This document shows positions 43,206 to 52,241 of a DNA stretch of 64,000 bases, piece after piece. Within the stretch, counting starts at the first letter, position 1. Every line of letters begins with the position of its first letter. The translations under genes and the position numbers were made by a program. The stretch is taken from the NCBI GenBank assembly GCA_963828465.1, contig CAWHEU010000004.1, positions 1,340 to 65,339 on the forward strand. Reading direction: 5' to 3'. Under the pieces are notes generated by a model. It did no database searches. It was not told the DNA's origin and saw only the letters and a list, made by a program, of their open reading frames with translations. This DNA comes from an uncultured Acidobacteriota bacterium (GTDB taxonomy: Bacteria > Actinomycetota > Acidimicrobiia > Spongiisociales > ZC4RG35).

Positions 43206-44491
43206 TGAGTGTTCTGCCGCTTCAACTGCTCCCGGATACGGCTCAGATCTCCCCTAGCGGTGCACTCAGCGTTGGAGGGTGCGATGTGGGCGAGCTGGCC
43301 GCCGAATTCGGGACGCCCCTTTTCGTGTATGACGAGGCACACCTCCGCTCCCGCTGCCGTGAGGCTGTTGCGGCATTCCCCGACGGGGTTGCTTATGCCA
43401 CCAAGGCCTTTCTGTGTGGGGCCATGGCCCGGCTCGCCCACGAGGAGGGCCTGCTGCTCGATGTGGCGACCGGTGGCGAGATCCACATCGCGCTGGCGGC
43501 CGGTGTCCCTGCCGACCGGCTCGTCTTCCACGGGAACAACAAGTCGCCCAACGAGCTGAGCAGGGCCCTCGAAGTGGGGGTGGGCCGAGTCGTCATCGAC
43601 TCCATGGTCGAGATGGACAGGATCGAGACGCTGGTCGCCGCCGGAGCACCGGCTCCCACAGTCCTCATCCGGATCAATCCGGGCATCGAGGCCCATACCC
43701 ACGAGTATCTCCGCACCGGTGCCGCCGACTCCAAGTTCGGGATCACCACCGAAGGGGGTGCGGCCGAGACGGCGGTGGAGCGGGCCCGGGGCTCTTCGGC
43801 GATGGACCTGATCGGCATTCATGCCCACGTAGGGAGCCAGGTCTTCGACGTTGCCTCTTTCGAGAGGGCGATCGAGGTCATCGCCCGTTTCGCCGCACCG
43901 CTCGACATCGAAGAGCTATCGATCGGCGGGGGCCTGGGCGTGGCCTATGTGGAAGGTGAGACGGCACCAACCATCCCGGAATGGGGCAAGGCCGTTATCG
44001 ATGCCGCCACCGCCGCCGGGGTACAGGCGCGAATCATGGCCGAGCCGGGGAGGGCCATCGTGGCCCAGGCGGCGCTGACGATCTACACCGTCGGGACCAT
44101 CAAGGAGATCCCGGGTGTCAGGACCTATGTCTCGGTCGACGGGGGGATGAGTGACAACCCGCGCCCGGTGCTCTATGGCAGCGGGTACGAGGTGTTCGCC
44201 CCGTTGGCGACCAACGTCGACCGCACCCGGCCCATTCGGCTCGTGGGGAAGCACTGCGAGTCGGGAGATGTGCTGGCATGGACCGCCCATATCCCCGAAG
44301 TCGTGAGTGTTGGCGATCTGCTCGCCACCCCTGTGACCGGGGCCTACGGGCATTCGATGGGATCCAACTACAACATGGCTCGGCGTCCCGCGGTGGTCTT
44401 CGTCGAGGGCGGAAACGCCCGCCTCGTCGTCAGAAGGGAGACCGACGACGACCTGCTGGCCCGCGACCTGGTCGCCGGATCTCCCGGCTAG
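43205..44491 (+). CDS. lysA: Diaminopimelate decarboxylase
   Basis: 'GTPLFVYDE', 'AYATKAF', 'HGNNKS', 'EPGRAIV' and 'CESGD'. Confidence 0.9.
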   Translation: MSVLPLQLLPDTAQISPSGALSVGGCDVGELAAEFGTPLFVYDEAHLRSRCREAVAAFPDGVAYATKAFLCGAMARLAHEEGLLLDVATGGEIHIALAAGVPADRLVFHGNNKSPNELSRALEVGVGRVVIDSMVEMDRIETLVAAGAPAPTVLIRINPGIEAHTHEYLRTGAADSKFGITTEGGAAETAVERARGSSAMDLIGIHAHVGSQVFDVASFERAIEVIARFAAPLDIEELSIGGGLGVAYVEGETAPTIPEWGKAVIDAATAAGVQARIMAEPGRAIVAQAALTIYTVGTIKEIPGVRTYVSVDGGMSDNPRPVLYGSGYEVFAPLATNVDRTRPIRLVGKHCESGDVLAWTAHIPEVVSVGDLLATPVTGAYGHSMGSNYNMARRPAVVFVEGGNARLVVRRETDDDLLARDLVAGSPG

Positions 44492-45300
44492 CCGTTTGCC
44501 AACGTGTAGGCCGGCTCGAACCAGGCCACCCGCGCCGCGCATGGGTCATCGACCACGGTGAGCGTGAGCAGGTCGTCCTCGAACTCGGCGCTGTAGACGC
44601 CGGTCTGCCCGGGACATTCGCCGGCCACACCTGAGACGAATATGAAATTGCCTTCCTCCCTCGCCACGAAGCCTCCGGTGAGCGGCCGGTCAGGGTCGGC
44701 ATCCGGACCGAGGACGACGTAGTCCCCCGCATCGTTGACCCTCAGAACGGATCTCTCGTTCTCCCAGCTCCCGGACAGGTCCGAGATGACGGCGTCCGGT
44801 CCGGTAGTCGTCGTCGGTGAGTCCGGGGAGAACGGAGCGGCGAAGGCCTCCTCCCGAAATGCACACGGGTCTTCGACGACCGACAGATGGAGGAGCTCGC
44901 CGACGAGCGCACCGTCATAGACACCGGTCTCGCCGGGGCAGGGATTGGGGTTGGCGCTGGTGGCGAATATGAGCTGGCCGTCCTGGAGGGCGACGAAACC
45001 GATTACCCCCGTGGGCGATTCGGTGGCCTCGGCATCGAGCTCGAAGAGCTCGTACGAGCCGCCCTCGTCGAAGACGATGGAATTGGCCTCACTCTCCCAA
45101 CGACCGACCAGATCGGACAGCGCGACAGGCTGCTCGGCGGGTGGCGCGGTGGTCGACGGGATGGTCGTGTCGATGGTGGTAACCGTGGTGACGGCCGATG
45201 ATGATGTCGTCGTCTCGACCGCCGGTGTCTCGCCGCATGACGCCGCGATGAGGGCCGAAACGGCGAGCAAGGGCCAGGCCCGATGCGGACGGCGTCTCAC
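44488..45300 (-). CDS. Hypothetical lipoprotein made of two internally duplicated ~100-aa Cys-containing modules
   Basis: The GTG start overlaps the mmsA stop (GTGA). Lipobox 'LIAASCG'. Repeats 'DLVGRWES..CPGETGVYDG..LHLSVVEDPCA' and 'DLSGSWEN..CPGQTGVYSA..LTLTVVDDPCA'. Confidence 0.6.
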   Translation of the reverse strand: MRRRPHRAWPLLAVSALIAASCGETPAVETTTSSSAVTTVTTIDTTIPSTTAPPAEQPVALSDLVGRWESEANSIVFDEGGSYELFELDAEATESPTGVIGFVALQDGQLIFATSANPNPCPGETGVYDGALVGELLHLSVVEDPCAFREEAFAAPFSPDSPTTTTGPDAVISDLSGSWENERSVLRVNDAGDYVVLGPDADPDRPLTGGFVAREEGNFIFVSGVAGECPGQTGVYSAEFEDDLLTLTVVDDPCAARVAWFEPAYTLANG

Positions 45301-46791
45301 CCGTGAGTGGGGAACCCGAGATCCACGCCCCGGTGGATCGGGTCGGCCCAGCGAGAGATCACCACCTTCTGCCTGCTGTAGAAGTGCACGCCTTCCGGGC
45401 CATAGATGGCATGGCTGCCGAAGATGGAGTGTTTCCAACCACCGAAGCTGTAGAAGGAGAGCGGCACCGGGATGGGGACATTGATCCCGACCATGCCCAC
45501 CTCGATCTCGGATTGGAACTTGCGAGCCGCCCCGCCGTCGTTGGTGAACACCGCGGTTCCGTTCCCGTACGGGTTCTCGTTGATGAGCCTGATGGCCTCC
45601 TCGAAATGCTCCATCCGCACCGTGGAGAGAACGGGGCCGAAGATCTCGTCGGTGTAGATCGACATCTCCGTAGTCACGTTGTCGAACAAGGTTGGGCCGA
45701 GGAAGAAGCCATTCTCGTGACCTTCGACGACCAGATCCCGGCCATCGGCAACGAGGAGGGCTCCCGCCTTCTCACCGGCATCGACGTACCCCCTGACCTT
45801 CTCCAAGTGTTGTCTCGTCACGAGGGGGCCCATCTCGACTCCGGTCTCGTGACCCGGGCCTACCTTCAACTTCTCGATGCGTGTCCTCACCCCATCTATC
45901 AGCGAGTCGCCGGCGTCGCCTACCGCCACAACTGCCGAAATCGCCATACACCGCTCACCGGCCGAGCCGTAGCCCGCCGAGACCGCGGCGTCCGCCGCAA
46001 GGTCCATGTCAGCGTCTGGAAGGACGATCATGTGGTTCTTGGCGCCGCCAAGCGCCTGAACCCGCTTGCCGTGACTGGTCCCGGTCTCATAGATGTAGCG
46101 GGCAATCGGGGTCGAGCCGACAAACGAGACGCGCGGCCACCATCGGGTGGGTGAGGAGGGCGTCGACTGCCTCCTTGTCACCGTTGACCACGTTGAACAC
46201 GCCCTCGGGGAGCCCTGCCTCGGCGAGCAACTCGGCAGCGAAGAGGGAGCACGAAGGATCCTTTTCCGAGGGCTTGAGCACGAAAGTGTTGCCACAGGCG
46301 ATGGCAATGGGGTACATCCACATCGGGACCATCGCCGGGAAGTTGAACGGGGTGATCCCGGCAACGACACCGAGCGGTTGGCGAATCGTGTAGGTGTCGA
46401 CCCCCGTCGAGACCTGTTCTGAGAAATCTCCCTTGAGGAGGTGCGCGATGTTGCAGGCGAACTCGACCACCTCCAAGCCACGTTGCACCTCTCCCAGTGC
46501 GTCATCGATGGTCTTCCCGTGCTCCGCCGTGAGGAGCTTTGCAAAATCCATCTTTCGCCCAGCGACGAGCTCGCGGAAGGCGAACATGATGTTCTGCCGC
46601 TGGGTCAAAGAGGAGAAACGCCAGGTGTCGAAGGCGCTGCGCGCAGTCTGCACGGCGCGATCCACATCGGCCGCCGAGCCCAGCTCCACCTCGCCGGTCT
46701 GCTCGCCGGTAGCCGGGTTGAACACCTCCCCGACCCGTCCGCTGGTCCCCCCGGTCAGCTGGCCGTCAATCCAGTGCTGGATCTGCCTCAT
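45297..46791 (-). pseudogene. mmsA: Methylmalonate/malonate-semialdehyde dehydrogenase (CoA-acylating), interrupted as sequenced by a 1-nt frameshift near 46128-46134
   Basis: The N-terminal frame reads '..GITPFNFPAMVPMWM..VNGDKEAVDALLTHPMVAA'. The C-terminal frame reads 'VSFVGSTPIARYIYETGT..GERCMAIS..'. The span is 1495 nt, which is 498 codons plus 1 nt. Confidence 0.8.
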
Positions 46792-46883
46792 CGGGCGAAT
46801 CTACACCGGGAGGGGCGATACGCCGAGACCGAGTCCAGCCGCTGCAATGGTTGGGCCGACCCTGTCCTGGGTAAGTTGGCGAC

Positions 46884-47753
46884 GTGGTCAAGTTCAAAAG
46901 AGATGCCACTGGCCCCGGCCAGGTGATCGATCGCCGTGGGGCTGGTGGGGGCTACCGGCCAGGAATGGGAACGCTTGGTGTCGGCGGAGGTGCCGTTGGC
47001 ATCATCATCGTCTTGCTCCTCACTCTTTTGGGTGGTGGAAGCGATCTGAGCGGTCTCACCGAAGTCCTGCAACCGGCAGGTGGGGTGCAGCCCGAAACGG
47101 GAAACACACTCGACCCGTCGGTCGATCCAGAGACCGATCTAGCTGCGTTCCTCGAGGAAGTCCTGCAGGACACTCAAGGGATGTGGGTGGGCGTCTTTGA
47201 GGAGTCCGGACTCGATTACAGACCCACGAACCTGGTTCTGTTCAACGGTTTCACCCAGTCGGAGTGTGGTGGGGCGCAGGCACAGTCGGGGCCTCACTAC
47301 TGCCCGATCGACGAGCTGGTCTACACCGACCTGGACTTCCTGGCCGAACTCCAGCGCCGGTTTGGCGCAGCCGGTGACACCGCCCAGGCCTATATCCTCG
47401 CCCACGAGGTCGGCCACCACGTCCAGCATCAGCTCGGCATTACCGAGCAGGTCCAGAGCGCGGGCACCAATGAAGCCAGTGTCGCCTTGGAGCTCCAGGC
47501 CGACTGCTTTGCCGGTGTCTGGCTCTCCACCTTGAAATCAGGGGAATCGGCCGCCCTTCTCGAATCGGGCGACCTCCAGGAAGCCTTGAACGCGGCGGCT
47601 GCGGTCGGTGACGACGCCATCCAGCGGCAGACCACCGGCCAGGTGAACCCGGAGTCGTGGACCCATGGAAGCTCGGAGCAGCGCTATCAGTGGCTGAACC
47701 AGGGATTCACCTCCGGCTCACCGGGCAGTTGCGACACCTTCGCCTCGTCCTAG
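46884..47753 (+). CDS. YpfJ-like neutral zinc metallopeptidase
   Basis: 'GQVIDRRG' N-terminus, one TM, 'GPHYCP' and the zinc motif 'AHEVGHHVQ'. Confidence 0.8.
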   Translation: MVKFKRDATGPGQVIDRRGAGGGYRPGMGTLGVGGGAVGIIIVLLLTLLGGGSDLSGLTEVLQPAGGVQPETGNTLDPSVDPETDLAAFLEEVLQDTQGMWVGVFEESGLDYRPTNLVLFNGFTQSECGGAQAQSGPHYCPIDELVYTDLDFLAELQRRFGAAGDTAQAYILAHEVGHHVQHQLGITEQVQSAGTNEASVALELQADCFAGVWLSTLKSGESAALLESGDLQEALNAAAAVGDDAIQRQTTGQVNPESWTHGSSEQRYQWLNQGFTSGSPGSCDTFASS

Positions 47754-47862
47754 TGCCAGGGCGAATTCAGATATTTGGGTCTGTTCCTTTACACCCTCTA
47801 AACCGATACCTTGGCATCGTGAGCGGCTGACCAGGTCGCTCTCGCCCGGGTCGCCAAAAATC

Positions 47863-48585
47863 ATGTCACTACTCGCCACCGCCATCCCCCTGATCATCTA
47901 CGCGGTCGCGTTCCAGACAATCGTCTACTTGCTTCTGCCAATCCGCTTCCGTCCCACATGGGCGCCCCTCGCCACCAGCTCGGTGGGGGCGGCGGTAGTG
48001 GTGGTCGCGGCCTTGTGGTTCGGCCCGACCTCGATCGGTCTCGCCGGCCCTGACGGCGGGCTCCTCGCATCCTGGGGATCGGCGACCCTGGTGGCGATGT
48101 GCACGGTCGGAGTGGTGATGATGAGCCGGCCCCAGCTGCGGGGCCATCTCGCCGACCCCCGGATGGGGGCGATGTCCAGTCGCACCGCCGCAGCCCACAT
48201 CCTCGTCAGGATCCCGCTGATCACTGTCGTGATCGAAGAGGCTGTGTTTCGTGGGGTCCTTCATGCGGCCCTCATCGCCGTCTATCCCGAGCCGATGGCT
48301 CTCTGGGGAGGAGCCGTGTTGTTCGGGCTCTGGCACATCGGCCCCGGGCTCGACCAAGCTCACGCCAACGAAAGACGCAGCATGGCCCGTTTCGCCCACG
48401 TCGCCATCACCGTGGTCGCCACAACCGCCGCGGGCGCCTTCCTGGTCTGGCTTCGCATCGAGACCGGATCGATCTGGGTCCCGGTGGCGGTTCACGCCGG
48501 GGTCAACATGACTCTCGCCGCATTCGCACGGCTAGCGACCAGGACCAAGGTCGCACCGGTACCCGCGCTGGAGATGGCCGCCTAG
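47863..48585 (+). CDS. CPBP family intramembrane glutamic endopeptidase
   Basis: 'VVIEEAVFRGVLH', 'FGLWH' and 'HAGVN', with multiple TM segments. Confidence 0.75.
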   Translation: MSLLATAIPLIIYAVAFQTIVYLLLPIRFRPTWAPLATSSVGAAVVVVAALWFGPTSIGLAGPDGGLLASWGSATLVAMCTVGVVMMSRPQLRGHLADPRMGAMSSRTAAAHILVRIPLITVVIEEAVFRGVLHAALIAVYPEPMALWGGAVLFGLWHIGPGLDQAHANERRSMARFAHVAITVVATTAAGAFLVWLRIETGSIWVPVAVHAGVNMTLAAFARLATRTKVAPVPALEMAA

Positions 48586-48606
48586 CCCCCTCGGCCCTTC
48601 GGGCCA

Positions 48607-48638
48607 CTCCCCCCAACGTCGCTTCGCTCCTGGGGGAG
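48607..48638 (-). repeat. C6/G5 palindromic element, copy 1 (hairpin), downstream of the dihydropyrimidinase gene
   Basis: The reverse complement reads 'TTTCTCCCCCAGGAGCGAAGCGACGTTGGGGGGAGT'. It shares both 10-13-nt ends with copy 2. Confidence 0.7.
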
Positions 48639-48643
48639 AAATC

Positions 48644-50068
48644 TCAGATCAGATACTGATTGGTGCCCCGCCTGAGGTACCGGCCATCCCCTGGATTTCC
48701 CAGGTACTCACCGTTCTCGATGATGATCCGACCCCGGGTGAGCACGCACTTGACCTTTCCGGTGATCTCGAGGCCCTCGTAGACGGAGTAGTCGACCCGC
48801 ATGTGTTGGTTGTCCACCGAGATGACGTGCTTCTCGTTGGGATCGAAGATCACGATGTCGGCGTCAGACCCCACTGCGATCGTCCCCTTCTGCGGGTACA
48901 ACCCGAACATCTTGGCCGGGGTCGTCGCCGTGATCTCCACGAACCGGTTGACACCTATTCGCCCCTGGTTGACGCCACCGTCGAAGAGCACCTCCATCCG
49001 GGGCTCGACGCCGGGCATGCCGTTGGGGATCTTGGAGAAATCTTCTTCGCCGAGTCGCTTCTGCCGACCCAATTCGGGATGATCGTTGAAGCAGAACGGG
49101 CAGTGGTCGGTGGAAACCACCTGGAGATCGTTGGTCCGCAGCCCTTGCCATAGGGCGTCCTGGTGACCCGCGGCCCGGTCTCGCATCGGGGGTGAGCAGA
49201 CGTACTTGGCTCCCTCGAACCCGTTTCCCAGATTGTCGAGATCGAAGAAGAGGTATTGGGGGCAGGTCTCGGCGAACACGTTGAGACCGCGGTCCCGAGC
49301 CTGGATGACCTCGTTCACCGCCTCTTTGGCCGACGTGTGGACGATGTAGAGCGGAGCACCGGTGAGCTCGGCGAGAACGATGGCGCGATGAGCCGCCTCT
49401 CCCTCGAGCAGGGCCTTGCGCACGAGCCCGTGGTGGAGGGGGTCGGTCTGGCCTCGCTTCAATGCCTGCTCGACGTAGACGTCGATGGCGATCCCATTCT
49501 CGGCATGCATGCAGATGGTTGATCCGTTCTCCGCTGCTTTCTGCATGGCGAGGAGGATCTCGCCGTCGTCGGAGTAGAAGACGCCGGGGTAGGCCATGAA
49601 CAGCTTGAACGAGGTCACACCCTCGTCCACGAGCACGTCCATCTCTTTGAGAGTCTGCTCGTTGATGTCGCCGGTGATCATGTGGAGGCCGTAGTCGATG
49701 GCCACGTTGCCGTCGGCCTTCTCCCGCCAGGACTCGTAACCCTCCATGGCCGAGCCGCCCTTGGTCTGGACGGCGAAGTCGATGATCGTGGTGGTACCGC
49801 CCCAGGCCGCGGCCCGGGTCCCGGTCTCGAAATTGTCCGAGGCGAAGGTCCCGCCGAAGGGGAGCTCCATGTGGGTGTGGACGTCGATCCCCCCCGGGAG
49901 AACGTATTTGCCCGAGGCATCGATCACCCTCTGGGCGCCTGACTCCCAGTCGTGTGAGCCTGCTGCGGCCAGGGCGACCACCTTCTCCCCGTCGACCAGG
50001 ACATCAGCACCCATCGTCTCGGTCGCGGTGACAACCGTCCCTCCCTTGATAACGGTCCGTCCCATCAC
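48644..50068 (-). CDS. Dihydropyrimidinase / D-hydantoinase
   Basis: 'IKGGTVV', 'PGGIDVHTHMELPFGG', 'FKLFMAY' and 'VSTDHCPF'; 474 aa. Confidence 0.9.
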   Translation of the reverse strand: MMGRTVIKGGTVVTATETMGADVLVDGEKVVALAAAGSHDWESGAQRVIDASGKYVLPGGIDVHTHMELPFGGTFASDNFETGTRAAAWGGTTTIIDFAVQTKGGSAMEGYESWREKADGNVAIDYGLHMITGDINEQTLKEMDVLVDEGVTSFKLFMAYPGVFYSDDGEILLAMQKAAENGSTICMHAENGIAIDVYVEQALKRGQTDPLHHGLVRKALLEGEAAHRAIVLAELTGAPLYIVHTSAKEAVNEVIQARDRGLNVFAETCPQYLFFDLDNLGNGFEGAKYVCSPPMRDRAAGHQDALWQGLRTNDLQVVSTDHCPFCFNDHPELGRQKRLGEEDFSKIPNGMPGVEPRMEVLFDGGVNQGRIGVNRFVEITATTPAKMFGLYPQKGTIAVGSDADIVIFDPNEKHVISVDNQHMRVDYSVYEGLEITGKVKCVLTRGRIIIENGEYLGNPGDGRYLRRGTNQYLI

Positions 50069-50075
50069 CCCTCCT

Positions 50076-50918
50076 CTACGGTGCTACCAAGTCTCCATAC
50101 GCATCCGGGCGCCGGTCCCGATAGAAAGCCCACTGCTGACGAACCTCCTCGATCATGTCGAGGTCCAAGTCGCGGATCACCAGCTCCTCCTCGGTGTCCG
50201 ACGCCGACTCGCCGACGATCTGACCCCTCGGGTCGACAAAGTACGAGGACCCGTAGAAGTCGTTGTCGCCGAACGGCTCCTGCCCGACCCGGTTGATGGC
50301 GCCGACGAAGTACTCGTTGGCGACAGCAGATGCCGGCTGCTCGAGATTCCACAGATACATCGACAGCCCGCGGCTGGTGGCAGAAGGGTTGAAAACGATC
50401 TTCGCCCCGTTCAAGCCCAGGGCGCGCCATCCCTCCGGGAAATGCCGGTCGTAACAGATGTAGACCCCGATGCGGCCCACCGCGGTATCGAAAACCGGGT
50501 ATCCGGTGTTGCCCGGCCGGAAATAGAACTTCTCGAAGAAACCCTTCACGTGGGGGATGTGGGTCTTGCGGTACTTGCCCAGATAGGTGCCGTCGGCGTC
50601 GATCACCGCCGCCGTGTTGTAGTAGAAGCCCTCTTGCTCCATCTCGAAGATGGGCACCACCAGGACCATTCCGGTCTCCTGAGCGAGGTCCTGCATCAGC
50701 TTGGTAGTGGGCCCATCCGGTATCGGCTCGGCGTATTCGAAATGCTCGTCCTCCTGCACCTGGCAGAAGTAGGGGCCATAGAAGAGCTCCTGGAAACACA
50801 TGACCTTGGCGCCTTGCTTCGCCGCCTCGCGGGCATAGTCGGCGTTCTTCTTGATCATCGTGTCCTTGTCGCCGGTCCACTCGGTCTGGACGATGGCGGC
50901 CCTGACGATGTTGGGCAT
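50076..50918 (-). CDS. Beta-ureidopropionase-like carbon-nitrogen hydrolase (nitrilase superfamily)
   Basis: Glu-Lys-Cys triad contexts 'MCFQELF', 'KYRKTHIP' and 'GVYICYDRHFPE'; 280 aa. Confidence 0.85.
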   Translation of the reverse strand: MPNIVRAAIVQTEWTGDKDTMIKKNADYAREAAKQGAKVMCFQELFYGPYFCQVQEDEHFEYAEPIPDGPTTKLMQDLAQETGMVLVVPIFEMEQEGFYYNTAAVIDADGTYLGKYRKTHIPHVKGFFEKFYFRPGNTGYPVFDTAVGRIGVYICYDRHFPEGWRALGLNGAKIVFNPSATSRGLSMYLWNLEQPASAVANEYFVGAINRVGQEPFGDNDFYGSSYFVDPRGQIVGESASDTEEELVIRDLDLDMIEEVRQQWAFYRDRRPDAYGDLVAP

Positions 50919-50962
50919 TTGTCGACTCCTTTTCGACGAAACCTAGCGCGCCACGGCCGTTT

Positions 50963-50997
50963 CTCCCCCCAGCGAACAGAGTGAGCGTTGGGGGGAG
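50963..50997 (+). repeat. C6/G6 palindromic element, copy 2 (hairpin), between the ABC binding-protein gene and the ureidopropionase gene
   Basis: 'TTTCTCCCCCCAGCGAACAGAGTGAGCGTTGGGGGGAGT'; 9-bp stem with a 17-nt loop. Confidence 0.7.
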
Positions 50998-51023
50998 TAC
51001 CGGCGTAGCCGGGGAGGGGGGTT

Positions 51024-52166
51024 CTAGCTCCCGCCCTCCTGCAACTCGATCTCACGACGCTCGTAGCTCTCGCCGTTCACATCGGCGTCACCGAGGGCAT
51101 CGACCGCGGCCTGGGCCAGATCCGTCCGGAACACGTCTGCTGGGATCTCAACACCTTGGAGCTCGACGACCTGCTCGTTGGCGATGGAGATGGTCTGATC
51201 CCAGAGTTCCTCGTTCATGACCCCGATGCCGTTCGTTGCGGGGAAGATGAGACCGAGGATCTCGTTGAGCTGCCACTCCTGATGACTCTGGCCCAGCGTC
51301 GAGCCGTTGTTGAGGACCACGTCGACACACTCATCGAAGGCGTCGAGACAGTGGATCCAGCCCTGGAAGGTTGCAGTGAGGAATCGGGTGGCGATGTCCG
51401 CGTTGCCTTCTTCGGCGATCCAATCGGCGGTGACCCACAGCCCGTCCTGCAGCATCGCCGTGGCAACCGACTCGTCGTTGTAGTCGATGACGCTCAGGTC
51501 ATCGGGTTGGTACAGCTCACCGGTGTCGGGGTTGACCGCCTCCAGGACCTGTGCGTACTCGTTGTAGATCATCGCCTCGGCGGCGTCGATCTCGTCGTTG
51601 AGCAGGGCGTTCATCGTGAAGTCCTGCGCCACCAGCTCGCCGACCGTCACATCGAACTTCTCGATGGCAGCGAGCACCTCGTATTCGTTGCCAAAACCCC
51701 AGTTGCCTACGCTCTTGCCCTCCCAGTCTGCCGGGGTCTCGATCCCGGAGTCGGCCCAGGAAACCTGGAGCGTGCCCGAGCGCTCGAACACTTGGGCGAT
51801 GTTGATGATGTCTGCGCCGCCTTCACGTGAGACGAGGGCCTTGGGGACCCAGGCGATGCCGAACTCGGCGCCACCGGTGGCCAGGACTTGCTGCGGAACG
51901 ATCTCCACCGCCCCCTCGAGGATCTCGACATCCAGGCATTGCGCCTCGTAGAAGCCGTTGTCGAGGGCGACGTAATAGCCGGCGAATTGCGACTGGGCGA
52001 ACCATTGCAGCTGGAGCCGGACAACATCGGGCTCGGTGCATTCCTCGGCCGCAACGGTCGTCCCATCCCCCTCGCCACCCGTCTCGCCTCCGTCACCACA
52101 CGCGGCCAGCACGATCGCCAGCACGGACAGCCACATGACATGGCGGCGCCATCTACTCGTGTTCAT
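51024..52166 (-). CDS. ABC transporter substrate-binding lipoprotein (NMT1/THI5-like, NitT/TauT family)
   Basis: GGAGGAA SD. Lipobox 'LAIVLAACGDGG'. 'LQLQWFAQSQFAGYYVA' is typical of this binding-protein family. Confidence 0.75.
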   Translation of the reverse strand: MNTSRWRRHVMWLSVLAIVLAACGDGGETGGEGDGTTVAAEECTEPDVVRLQLQWFAQSQFAGYYVALDNGFYEAQCLDVEILEGAVEIVPQQVLATGGAEFGIAWVPKALVSREGGADIINIAQVFERSGTLQVSWADSGIETPADWEGKSVGNWGFGNEYEVLAAIEKFDVTVGELVAQDFTMNALLNDEIDAAEAMIYNEYAQVLEAVNPDTGELYQPDDLSVIDYNDESVATAMLQDGLWVTADWIAEEGNADIATRFLTATFQGWIHCLDAFDECVDVVLNNGSTLGQSHQEWQLNEILGLIFPATNGIGVMNEELWDQTISIANEQVVELQGVEIPADVFRTDLAQAAVDALGDADVNGESYERREIELQEGGS

Positions 52167-52241
52167 CGGAATTCCTCCATCTCTGATGTCTGCGCACGTT
52201 ATCCGGCCTGGCAGATGCCCGCGCTGTGCCAATCGGTTGCG

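Noticed and set aside
50065-50880. A 271-aa ORF overlapping the beta-ureidopropionase gene on the same strand in another frame.
   Set aside because: Its translation is Arg/Gly-rich without motifs. The 50076-50918 frame carries the full nitrilase-superfamily Glu-Lys-Cys triad.
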